From contig CAVNZM010000012.1 in NCBI GenBank assembly GCA_963693365.1, positions 3,879,292 to 3,943,291 on the forward strand: DNA of 64,000 nucleotides, read 5' to 3'. Position numbers and translations under genes: made by a program. Every line of letters begins with the position of its first letter. The first letter of the stretch is position 1. The notes under the pieces were generated by a model. It ran no database searches. It was not told the origin of the DNA and saw nothing but the letters and a program-made list of their open reading frames with translations. Below are positions 29,384 to 64,000 of this stretch, in pieces. This stretch comes from Amoebidium appalachense (Eukaryota; Protista; Ichthyosporea).

Positions 29384-29883
29384 CTGCATGGGGGTTAGGT
29401 TAGCATTTTTGGTTATGTGTTTTACGCAAAGTGCTAGGTGGCAGCGATTAGGTTACCATAATTAGGTATGTGGTGGGGATAGAGGTAAGGTTACAATACA
29501 CAACACCGGGTTTGACGATAGCTATGAGGCGGCAGTGGTTGAAATTACCATTTTTGGATGGGGTTTAATAATTAGTTGATAGATTATACAGTGCCTTACA
29601 TGGAATGTGTTCATATTATTAGATGGAGGTGAATACCGTGAATTCCAACAACATACGGGTTTTATGGGTGTTTGTGGACCTCTCTCGGATCGGATGTGCA
29701 CGTGCAAATCCCCAGACCCTTACCCCCTACCTTCCCCTTTCCCCACACACACTCTCACGCTTCCTGACCCCACACACACCTACGCCCACTCCAACCTCAC
29801 GTAATACCCGCCCTCCCTCCCTCCCCCTACCACCCCGCCCCTCTTCCGCCCTCCCCTCCTTTCCCCCCTTCAACCTCCCTCCC

Positions 29884-29947
<64 letters not shown>

Positions 29948-30241
29948 AAAAAAACAAAAAACAAAAAACAAAACACACCCACCCCACCCGATCTGCACCT
30001 TCCCGAACTCCACATGCCGACCTACAGCAAATACTATAAAAGGCAATACCAGAAGATACGGCTATAAACACCTCCTCAAATGCACCTACCAAACAAAAGG
30101 CACCCCGCCCAGTAGTTCACCATCCAAAACATATTCACAGTTGGGCCCATCCACTGCGCACGTGTGCACGCGCGCGTGCCCACACACTGGCACACACGCA
30201 CACACACACACGCACACACGCACACACAGACACACACGCAC

Positions 30242-30299
<58 letters not shown>

Positions 30300-30406
30300 A
30301 ACCCACATACACACACACAGAAACCCACATACACACACACGCATACACACACACATGCACTCACACACAGACAGACACACACACACATACGCGCGCACAC
30401 ACACAC

Positions 30407-30448
<42 letters not shown>

Positions 30449-31592
30449 CCCTTCCCCCCCCCCCTCCCTTTCCCCCCAACACACACACGCACACACACAC
30501 ACCTCAAGGCCACTTAGCACTGGGATATCATAATCCACACGTTTGGGTGTGAGGGTGTATGCATATGCATTTGTGGATTTTGTTGTTTTCGAGTTTGTTG
30601 GTGACGGGGTGTCACATGTACAGCATGTGCAGTGTGTAAATTTTAAGGGCCCGGGTCGGGTTCGTTGGTTCATTGGTTCGAGTGAGAGGAGGATGCGTGG
30701 GCAAAGCCCTCCCGCGCTTTTCCCAAACTTGAACAAAAAGTCTTTATAACAACTGACTCTCTATTCGTTTGTGTAAAACAAACATGCCACATCCAGTCTC
30801 TGTGACCCTAAACTTCAAACAGCTAAATCGAATAATCTTGATATAAGCCAAAGGTGCAAATACGATTTTAAAATCTTTTTTCAAGTTGCCCAGAGTCATA
30901 TAACTCCCTTGTGCATTATTTCGGTCCAGCCGAAAGGAGAGTCTTCCAACAGAAAACCGACAAATTTATGAGTCTTGCGTGCACTAAGAAATTAACAACT
31001 TTTTTCATTTTAGCGCAAGTTCCAAATTGTCTACCAATGCAGCCATGCCTTACAAAGGCTCTTCTCTTTGTTTTCAAAAGAAAAAAGGTAAACCAAGAAT
31101 CATCCCCCCCCCCCCCCCCCCAAAAAAAAAAAAAAAAGAAAAGAAAAAAAAAAGAAAAAGAAAGGGAATGAAAAGAAAATGAAAAGAAAGGAAAAAACTA
31201 AAGTAACTATCAAAGCCCTCAACATCACCACCACACGCAAAGCCCTTCAACTCACCCTCCTTAACAACATTATCTTTCACCCTCCCTTTTACGCTAGGGG
31301 CCCCCTCCCTTTTACGTGTCTGTGTGTGTGTGTTGGGGGGGGGGGGGGGGGGGGGGACAGGGGAAGACGGAGGGGAAAGCGGTAGGGAGTGTGCGTGAGG
31401 GGGGGGGGGAGGGGGGGGGGGGGGGGGGATGAGGGGGATAAAACGGTGTCGACTGCAGATAAAATCAACAGGTGAGAAAAGACATGCCGCCACAGGCCCG
31501 GGAAGGGAGACGTGACTGGTGAATAGGATTAACGTTCTTTGGTGCTCAGTAGGCGGATCTGTGTGTGGATCTGTGTGTGTGTGTGTGTGGGT

Positions 31593-31705
<113 letters not shown>

Positions 31706-31914
31706 GGTGTGGGTGGGTGGGTGAGTGTGTGTGTGAGATGGGGAGAGGGGGGGGGGAGGGGGGGGGGGGGGGGGGGGGGGGGGAGGGAGGATGGTTCGTG
31801 TGTGCTTGTGCATGGGTGTGCGTGTGTGTGTTGGTTCTGAGGTTGGGGGATGAGGGTGTGAAGGGGAAGTGTGTGCTGTGTGCAGGCGCGCTTGTGTGAA
31901 TGTAAGTGTCATTG

Positions 31915-32089
<175 letters not shown>

Positions 32090-32214
32090 ATACGTGCGCG
32101 CACCTGTGTGCGTGCACGTGTGTGCATGTTTATCTCTATGCACGTGTTTGAGCCCACGGACACGCCTGTGTTAGCGTTGGCATGCAGGGAGAAAACCATG
32201 GCCAAGAAAACCTT

Positions 32215-32400
32215 CAACGGTAATCAGCATATCATTAATTCTGAACAGCATCTTATGCAGTGGTATCAGCATATTATCAATTGTAGCTAGCATCTTATTC
32301 AGTGTACCTAATATCTTCATCATTGTAGCTAGCAGCTTAATCACTGTAGCTGGCATGTTATTCATTGTAGCAAGCATGTTATTCACTGTAGCTAGCATCT
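32215..32400 (-). repeat. Degenerate 21-bp minisatellite (about 9 units) with an open heptad-repeat frame
   Basis: The unit approximates ttattcattgtagctagcatc; ORF 32171-32398 reads MLATVNN-MLATMNN-MPATVIK-LLATMMK... Confidence 0.75.
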
Positions 32401-32504
32401 GACTGTCTCTCTCTCTCTCCCTCTCTCTCCAACTCTCTTGCCCTCACTGTCTCACTCACTCGCTCAATCACTCACTCACTCCCTGACACACACATACACA
32501 AACC

Positions 32505-32538
<34 letters not shown>

Positions 32539-32542
32539 GTCT

Positions 32543-32655
<113 letters not shown>

Positions 32656-32762
32656 CGCTTCCTCATCTCCCTCTCTCTCTCTCTGTGTGTGTGTGTGTGT
32701 ATGTGTGTGCCCGCACGCGCTAGTGTGTGCGTGCGCACACACGTGGGGATGTGCTTGTGCAT

Positions 32763-32818
<56 letters not shown>

Positions 32819-33174
32819 ATTGGTGCATGGGTTTGTGTGACTGTATGTGTGTTTTTGCATTCATAGTTGGACGTACGTGTGTGTATGAGTGATTGCACAG
32901 ACCACAAACACGCTCAATAAAGTCGAAACACCAGTCCTTATTATCTCCAACTTTCATCCTACTTTTACAGACAGGTGCCAGTGCCACGGTGCGCTACCAA
33001 AACCCCTCTGGGAATGGATGCACACACGAACCCCCCAGGGAGGGAGAGAGGGACAGAGGGGGGAAGCAGGGAGGGAGGGAGGGAGGGAGGGAGGGAGGGA
33101 GGGAGGGGTGGAGGGATGGGCGGGGGGGGGGGGGGGGGGGGGGAGGGGAAGAGAGCGAGGGCGAGAGAGAAAAG

Positions 33175-33214
<40 letters not shown>

Positions 33215-33226
33215 GAGAGAGAGAAA

Positions 33227-33369
<143 letters not shown>

Positions 33370-33884
33370 AACACACGGCAGAGAGAACATAAATAAAGAA
33401 AGTTAACTCCGGAGGCGGAAAAGAGGGGGGAGCGGGTTGACATTACCTCACACAACTAGTTGCTGTTGTAGATGGCTGTGATCACCGACATGAGAGTGCT
33501 GTGCAGAAACTAAAGCGCCACAAGTTGAGGGAGGACGGAAGGGAGGGAGGAAGGGAGAGAGGGGGAGTGGGACGGAGGGAGGGAGGGAAGAAGAGAAGGA
33601 GAGACGGAGAGACGGAATAAGGGAGGGAGGGAGAGAGGGAGGGGTGGAGTGAGGGGTGGAGTGAGAGAGGGAGGGGTGGAGGCGGGGTGGGGGGGTGGGG
33701 GGAGGGGGGGGGGGGGGGAAGGGGGGAGGAAGATTAACTTAAGAGTGACGCATGAAGTACCAACCAATGTGCCGAGGACTTTGCTGAAGTCTACGGAACA
33801 CACACACCCTCACGCACACACACACAAAAGCACACACACACACACCACACACACACACACACATACACACACACACATACACAC

Positions 33885-34980
33885 ACAGACACACAGACAC
33901 ACGTGCAGAAACCCGATTCAGTTTTTCTTTTTTTTTTTTTTTCAGTGAGCTCAGCTGCGGCCGGCCGCCAGCGAGCCCGTACGGTGACGTCACCGAGTGA
34001 GCCAGTTCTGCATTGCAGCCAATCAAAAGCCGTAGCCATGCAGGGTTGGGCTGGGGAAGGTCAGCTTAACCGTATTGTCCTTTGGCCAATCGTAACGGAC
34101 AGTTTTTTAATCGTAATTGGGGGATCTTGCGGATCAGTAAGCCCAGAAAAAACGCCCCTACAGTCGCAAAACTCCAATTACGCGTTTGAACAAATGTAAT
34201 ATCGAATAATTACAAGCCCTGAACACTTGTCGGGGTTCGATATTGCTTATGAGAAGCGCTGTAGATATGTTCTTGAACAGAAATATTGAAAAAATTAGGT
34301 ACAGTTAGATATTAGGGGGCCTTAAAGCATTTATAATGCTATACATCTCATACGAAAGCTGTTACGACGGCACCCTAACCTTATTCGTATCGGGGTCTTT
34401 CGTTAATCGCAATTACGACGAGTTTTTTTCGTAATCCCCCCGCCGGTAGCCATGACGAAACGGGGGGTAAAACAAGATCTGAAATAGCCAATGAGTAGGC
34501 GATGTTAGGAGAATGAGCGGGGTCACAGGAGCACAAACAAAAAAGCGGTCACTGAACAAAAGGGCAATAAATAAGCAAGATATTACATAGAATCTGAAAT
34601 CGCGTTGGATGCTCTGTCACAAATCGTTTCCCTTCATGCTTTGGCCACTCATATACTGTGGTCGAAAGGGCTGATAGTGGGAGACATGACCTTTTTGCCG
34701 CATAATCTTGAACTGTATTCAACTGTTTCAATTGGTTTTGAGAAAGTTTAAAAAACGGTATGTCACAGATTTGAGTTGCCATATTCATTCCAATGTGCTG
34801 GCCCAGAGGTCTATAAAAGCGTGTAACGGCCGAAATGGGCTCAGTTGTCACTTCAACGTGGTCTAGAACACAGAAATAAAACACAGAACCACACACACAC
34901 ACACAGACACACGTGCAGAGGCCCGATCCAATTTTTTTTTTTTTTTTTTTTTTCCTGAGCTCAGCTGCGGCCCGCCGCCT
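33885..34980. repeat. Diverged direct repeat pair (about 85 bp each) 1 kb apart
   Basis: acacacagacacacgtgcaga...(T)n...tgagctcagctgcggcc.gccgcc at about 33890-33970 and 34900-34980. Confidence 0.85.
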
Positions 34981-37900
34981 GGCCTTTGAAATCCTCGAGC
35001 TTGACATACACCCTTCGACCGAGGTTGGGCCATATTCGAGGATCGAATCCGAGAATCATTTATCAGATACTGAAGTGGCTTTTTTTTCGCCGATACAAAC
35101 TGATAGTACACATAGGAACCATCCAATGGTCAAAGAGGCTGGCCTCATTTTAGCAGCTTTAAAATGTAAAATGGATCTTCCAGGATTAGGCCGTAGGAGC
35201 ACCTGAACTTGACTCATAGCATAAGAAGATATTGCACGTATATTGATTGTAGCATATGTAATAATTCAGTTCAATAGTATAGAAAAGAAAGATGAAAGAT
35301 CCCCACTCAAATATATACTGATGATGGTTTTCAGCGAAGCAGATTTCTCACACTCTGACCGTAAACTTTTGTGATGTCGTTTTCAAATCAGCTTATTTTT
35401 GTTGGCGGGAAATGCACACATGCATTCTTTCCGATTGGTCGGCTCCTCAGAGGCTCTCGGTATATAAACTATTCTCGATTCCGTCCTACATTTTGAACTC
35501 TTTTTGCGTGTGTCAGTTTGGTCTTTTTGGTGAAAGTCAGCACCGCTCATAAATCCGGTACACCACTAGTTTTCCACAAAAAACTCCGAGGCACCCCTCC
35601 CCTTCACCTCCCCTTTCCTCTTCTGCCTCTCCCCCTTTCTTGTAACACAGGGAGGGGCCTACATTATGCACAACACGTGTGCAAATCTGTTTAGTGCAGG
35701 TGTCTAGGTTTCGAGAGTGCAGACAGAGAAAGATACAAACCCTTTCATTTTTTTTTTTGTTGCTCTTAACAAAAGTGTCAAGAAGAGGTGTCAGTCTCTT
35801 GAGGGGGGGGTGTAAGCCTTACATGTAGGGGAGTCAACATTTCACACACATTCAACACTTCTGTCTTATGTTACTCTGAAGTTGTTGGGTCTACACCGCT
35901 ACTTTACCTGAGAACTAAACCTCGGTGGGGCAATTTGTGAGCTTGTGGCAGAGAAAAGAGGCGAGACAGCCAGGCGGTACAAACGGAGAAGACCATGGAT
36001 CAACCACTGCGCAGCGAAAGTTCCCGAGGAGCCACAAGGCTGTGGAGAAAGGAACTCCGGGCGTCGTTTTTCCTCTTCCTCTTCATGTTCAAGCTCCTGT
36101 TTGCGGTGTTTGGCAACTTGCTTTCCACCTGGTGCCACCAAGCCGAGACTGCGCTATTACGTGGTATCGAGTTTCCATCCTGCACGGCTGGCAAATCCCT
36201 GGGTGGTGAAAGGTTGCCTCCTCCGTCAGCAAAGACACCAGAGGATGCTTGATTGCTTGCTTCCACCAGCCATATTGACCGTGTTGCGCATCTGATTTAT
36301 CTTGGTTTATCTCGGCATGTTAATGCCTTACCTTGTGGATATCATAGGCGGTTTTAGTATCTGTTGCGCTGCACCCCTTGATGATTGCTAGAAATGTTTT
36401 TCTTTTTTTGTGGCCCAGCGTGCTGGACACGCTGTCTACTTTTCTTGAAAGTTGGCACTCACTGAGTTTGCCAACGGTGTCTGGCGACCTGCTGTTTCCA
36501 AAGCTGGCGAATGAAAACGGCCGGTGTGTACATAGAACTAGTGTGTAAACGAAACGATGAAGTCGGTTGCCTACATCTGCAAGCCTGAAGACCCGTACTG
36601 TTAGAAACACGAAAGTACATGGCAGCTGGGTTCATATTGCTAGCACTGCTATTTCCTCATTGTATATATTCCTGTCGACTCTGAAGTGTACACTTTGCAT
36701 TTGAAACGATGTCTGTTTTTAACCGACAGTAAAAGCTCTGCTGACTGATACCGCGAGACGTCTGTAGTTTAATGACCGTTTTGATCTTGTTCGTGTTGCG
36801 GGGATGTGTACATCCAGGCTGGCTCCCCTCCAGACCCATTAAATAACTGGCGCTTCCGTACATAGTCACTAAGAACCTGTTGACCGTACGGCTTATCTCC
36901 GGTGGCTACCATGATATTCATTTTCATTCAAGCCACTCTCTTTACTTCGTGTTGTGCAGCAAAGAATTGATATGTCTCTTTGGCGAGACTCTACATAACC
37001 TGACATAAGCACGCACACATGCCTTCCCTCGCTCCGGCAGTGTGCACCCGGCACTGGCCGAGTGGTAGTGTTAGCCGGGTAGTGTTTCGAGAGTCACTGA
37101 TTAAAAAAAAAGTTCACTATAAGCCGATGAAACAGTTTCGTGCCTTTCTTTTCACCAGATACATATGCACAGCGGCTTAATGGCGCACTCGAGCTCCGAA
37201 TCTTTTTACCATGATGCTTGCCATGAATCAAAGTTGATGTATACGAACGAGTTCTTATTTGTAACACGTACGGAAATACGGGACGTCCATCTCACGTACG
37301 TTTGCCTTTAAGAAACACACGCACATACCCGCACGCCGATGTTACGAGGCTCATCCTGATCATGACGACTGCAAGACAGAGAAGCGCGCGCTCAAACACG
37401 AACAGCAGGCACCGCGATGTGCACAATGTCACACACACACACACACACACACACAAGAGTGCCACACACTCGCACGCACATCCGCCCGACAGCCGTGGCA
37501 TACTATGCCGTGACGTTTATGCATACAACCAGGCACACCCTTCGTGCCATGCAACATGCAGTGACCAGGTACACTTGTACTTCCCTTATATTGGAATTGA
37601 CCTTGGCAACACTTACAATGAAAGGCCATCAATACATAGTGACCTTTCTGAAATTCATGAGGGTTGCATTGTTTATATTAGCGCAGAAACCGATGTACGT
37701 ACAGCACATGTATGTGTATACACGTGACGATGTGGCCTCAATCTTCGCAGCATTGGCCAAGCCTGAGAACGCTTCAGTCGACCTCTCAGACCTTGCTGCA
37801 TATCCTGAGCCAACAACGATGTGGTTTCTGTCTTTCACTCAATATTCAACCTAACAACGCCGGCGTGTTCCTAAAATGTGCTCATAATTATAATAGCTTT

Positions 37901-39050
37901 TACACCATAACGATACATACCAGTACTGCAGCCAACGGACTGCCTGGCAGTGCCTGCCCACTGCCCACCCCATCTCTCCTCCCATTGGGTGGTGCGCGCC
38001 TCCTCGTAATCTGGCACCTCTCCACTCACCTCTCCAACTTCCCTACTACAGCACCGAAGGTTAGAATCCCTCAAATTCACATTGTCAAAACTGGAAGTTA
38101 ATGGCCGTAAACTCTCTCGCATACGAACACGACTCTAACGGGGCGTGGCTCGGGTGTAAACAAGCCGCTGTAGATTACAGTAGATACCCAGTTGAAAATG
38201 GAGAGGGCGCATCAGTCCGTGAGCCGTGGCTGTAGTTCATTGGACAAACTCGCACCACTATCTAAATATGGATATATTTGCTGTAATACGATTGGTGTTA
38301 ATAGACATCATAGTAGTCTTTACCACAAGAACTTTGAAAATGACGTAATAAGAGTAGCCCTGACATGCACGATTGCTTTCTTTTTTGAGTGTACATAAAA
38401 AAAACTGTATACAGACTAGTGGGCCTCTATCCATAGCGGCGGAAAGACCAGTCTTTTTGAGTTCGTGCTGGCAACCTATGGCAAGTTCGTGCTGGCAACC
38501 CATACCTGTATAGTGCCGCGTAGCCTTTACATAAAGTTTTTGACAGTCAAGAATAAAACCTGCATGGTTTGAGGCGAAGATTTCCAAAAACACAGATCTG
38601 GTTAGCTCAGTAACGAAAAGTGCCATGCAATGTTAAAAAGTTGTTTCTTTCGTGCTTGGCAACAAGGTGCACTCAAGGGGAAGAACACAGCCTTTGGCGC
38701 AACCACCTGTGTGAGGCACAAGAGACTGAAATTTCTATCGTTTTACTTACGATGCAATGCTTCTTGATATTTTCATAAGCTTCAGATCGCTGGCACATCT
38801 CTCGTGTTCTAAAGCTGTATACCTTTTACCGATCATGATAGTTATTCAAATCTAAGGGTGAACATGGCCTCTGGAAACCATCTTGGTTGTTACAAGGTAG
38901 GAAAAGTTAGCAAGAGTTGCAAAACCTTTTTTACTGGAGATCTGGAACTTGCATTGTGTCTTGGTTGAATTGTTTATCGCACCAAAGGCTGTTTGTTGGC
39001 ACAGCGGGTTTTTGTTGTGTGAAATAAATATCAAACCAGATCATTTAATG
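34540..39050 (-). pseudogene. Decayed coding-like insert, probably a DNA-transposon relic
   Basis: Lacks the host poly-C tracts. Contains broken minus-strand frames with short GT-AG intron-like gaps (for example about 38706-38750). No family can be assigned securely. Confidence 0.3.
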
Positions 39051-39939
39051 AAAAGATCGTTGTATGCGGTCCATGTTCCCCCTCTTTGCCACCACCTGCT
39101 TCTCACTGTCCCCCCTCCCCCCCCCCCCCCCTGCCCGCCCGCCCCCGTCCCCCCCCCCCCCCTGCCGTGAGCACCCAGCATGCCCATACTCAGTCAAATC
39201 ACGACAAGTATTTTCGGTTTCTCGTTCTCGTGGTAGGAAGACAGACACACTGAATGGAACTCATACACCACGTGCGGAAACACACGCACACAAGAACATA
39301 CATGAACCCACACTTTGACCCTCTCTTGCTTTCGCACACACACGCCACCACCCGCCAAAAAGAAGCATCTTGCTCGATTCTATGCAAGAGCAACAAACAT
39401 GGGCCGGTTGGGACACAGTGTACAACTAAGCACATATTGTTAAAAAAGGCTTGCTCTTTGGGGTGGGGGGTGGGGGGGGAGAAGGAGGGAGGGGGAGGGG
39501 GGGACGCTCTGGCGGGGGCCACAGAAGGGGAGAGGGGGGAGGAATGGGGATGAGAAGGAAGGGGGAAAGGGATTAGTGATACCCTAGTCAAATCTGAGTG
39601 TTAGCCGAAGGCAGTGGATATGCAGGCTGGTTGGCACATAGCATACGAATATGTGGATGTGTTGTAGATGGGCCAGGGGAAGTTGGGCGGGGCGGGGGGG
39701 CAGAGGGCGGGGGGACGGGGAGGGGGAGGGGGGCAGGGGGAGGGGGAGGAAGTTGGTAGCGCTGGCAGGGGGGAGGGGGAGGGAGGGGGAGGGGAAAGAC
39801 AGGTGGGGAAGAGGGGGGGAGAGGGGGGGGGGGGGAGGAATGGGGAGGGCGGGAAAAGGTGGAGAAGGGAGAACGTTGGGAAGGGGAAGGGATAGGAGGG
39901 TGGGGATTTGAGAGGGAAGGAGGAGAGAGGCCAGGGGAG

Positions 39940-39974
<35 letters not shown>

Positions 39975-40094
39975 AGGGGGGAGGGGGGGAGGGGGAGGGG
40001 GGGAGTGAAAAGTTTGGCACGAAAAAAGGGGCGCAGAAAGGGGTGTTCATTCTTATAAACATCGAAAATTGAAATCTGGCTATTCCAATGCCAG

Positions 40095-61786
<21,692 letters not shown>

Positions 61787-61997
61787 GCCCCCCCCCCCCC
61801 CCCCCTCCCCCCTTCCCCCTCCCCCTTACCCCCCCTCTTGCCCCCCCCCCCCCCCCCCTCCCCCCTTCCCCCTCCCCCTTACCCCCCTCTTGCCCCACCC
61901 CCACTCTCCCGTCCTCCCCCCTCGTCCTCACCCCACCCCATCCCACATACACGCGCACGCGCGCGGGCCCACAGACACACACACACACAGGCGCGCG

Positions 61998-62052
<55 letters not shown>

Positions 62053-62324
62053 ACGCATACGCACACGCACACGCACACGCACACGCACACGCACACGCAC
62101 ACACACACACAAGCACACAACCAGTACCACCATAATTCCCCCCCCCTCCCCCCCCTCCCCATCCCCCACCAACCAAGCCCATTCTCCCACCCACACACTC
62201 ATACACCTCCAATTCTTTTTGAACGCCACACCTGTTCCTGTCTCAAATTTTCGTAAACTCCCCCCCCCCCCCCCACAAACACAAACACACACACATACAC
62301 ACTTACCCCCCCCCCCCCCCCCAA

Positions 62325-62355
<31 letters not shown>

Positions 62356-62385
62356 CACATACACATACACACACGCCCGCGCGTG

Positions 62386-62465
<80 letters not shown>

Positions 62466-63134
62466 ATGTCTTTTTTTGTGCTATAGTTGCATGTCTGGCA
62501 CATGTGCAGGGATGGGGGCACACACGTTGACGCACACATCAATAGATTATGTCGCTATCATCACTCAATTGTGTTTTTTTTTTTCGTTTTTTTTCTTTTT
62601 TTTTTTCTTTTTTTTTTTGAGCCCTTAGTCTTTTGGTGGTCTTGTCATTTGTTGAGTTCTTTGGTCCTTCCTTCATTGAGCATTCTTTGTTTCTCCCCTT
62701 CGGTTTCTTCTTTGCCACCTCATTTTTTTTCTTTTCTTTTTTTTTGCTTTTGTTAATCCTTTCCCCCTTCTTTTTTTTTTTTTTTTTTTTTTTGGGGGGG
62801 GGGGGGGGGGAGGGGGAGGGGGGGGGGGGGGGGGGGGCACCGGGCAGGCCTGTGGTTACGATGTATTTCGTTGGAAGGTACCGCGGTTTATAAACAGAAG
62901 ATGGTTTAACATGTCAGCAAACACCTTATATTCCCACATGTAATAGCCATACAAATTGGTTTAATCTTGGTTATGAAACAGCGCATTATTTTGAACACTT
63001 GGTGTTTTTATCCTATGGTGTATGTGGTAGTAACGTCAAAACTTTGTTCGAATGACAGTTTTGTAAGTAACTATTTCGGTCTGGTGCTAAGGTAGACTCT
63101 CGACTGTGTCTCTTTCTGTTCTTTTTTTTCTTTC

Positions 63135-63207
<73 letters not shown>

Positions 63208-64000
63208 AGGGTGCTTTTCGAACGAACGTGATTGTTTAGGTTAGAGAAACGATGTATCTCGATATCCGGTCGCATGTGTTCTTTAGGAACAATACAGAGT
63301 TTGTCGATAGTAGGTATGTTTTGATCATTGAATACGTATTGTTATGCGAACATGGATGGATGTAGTCACTTTGGTACCAGCATATATGAAAGTATATCAA
63401 CTGAATGGTACTGTATGAGATTATGGAGGAATTTTGTGATGTTCGAGGAGAAACAAGTATTCTTGCCCGACCAATTAATCGTTTCTGCCGAGTAAGCGCA
63501 TTTTTTTTCTTTTATTGTGTGTACGGTATAGCAACGAGGGACCAGGAAAAAAAATTCACGTGTTGAATGATGTATAAATTAACCACCTGAGTTACTATGT
63601 ATTCCATATTTTGTACCGTTGGAGCTGATATGCAGTAAAATCTGATACAACATGTGATATGTACAGTATAAACACTGATATTGTTGTGCCATATGTTGAA
63701 AATTGGCACGCTACCATTTATACACACGCGTGGACTCCCACCACTCACCAACCGCCACCTCAAAAAAACAGAATAGTACTGTAGTGGCGAGTCTTATTGC
63801 CTCTCGTATTGTTACCCAGACACGTTCAGATACTGGCAGACGTGAGCATCTTTTCACGGGTGTGATATAGGCTTGATCTCAGCGCATCTTAGACTATCAT
63901 AATGGTGGGTATGGTCCACGTAACCCTGGGGAGGAGGGAGCCTCCCCCCCCCCTCCCCCCCCCCCTCCCCCCCCCCCCCCTCGCCTTCCCTCCCCGGGGG

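Noticed and set aside
62600-63900. Possible minus-strand gene downstream of PLD
   Set aside because: The exon-like segments contain in-frame stops and show no recognisable family. Likely a relic, but it cannot be supported.

Overview
Intron-rich, repeat-dense eukaryotic DNA. It is probably non-metazoan, because it carries a SIW14/PFA-DSP gene; the taxon cannot be fixed from sequence alone. 1-12.2 kb: a two-ORF APE-type LINE (minus strand) split by a very young, full-length chromodomain Ty3/Gypsy LTR retrotransposon (1515-9890, 5-bp TSD AGGGG), whose gag and pol are separated by one in-frame TGA. 12-20 kb: degenerate sequence, minisatellites and an array of a 16-bp motif. 20.9-24.9 kb (-): five-coding-exon SIW14-like phosphatase. 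26.9-28.5 kb (+): exons of a protein with a ParB/Srx-like GGQHT...VY..L...HN motif. 34.5-39 kb: decayed, compositionally distinct insert. About 40.1-61.8 kb (+): a phospholipase D of about 25 exons whose N-terminus is seven tandem C-x2-F...CxxCG-x5-H repeats rather than PX-PH. Its introns hold a palindromic TTAA-flanked MITE, a structured dispersed repeat with a compensatory base change, and decayed duplicates of the 3' splice sites. Most ORF-track entries after 12 kb are homopolymer or microsatellite artefacts. Exons were spliced by eye, and homopolymer lengths may include sequencing errors.
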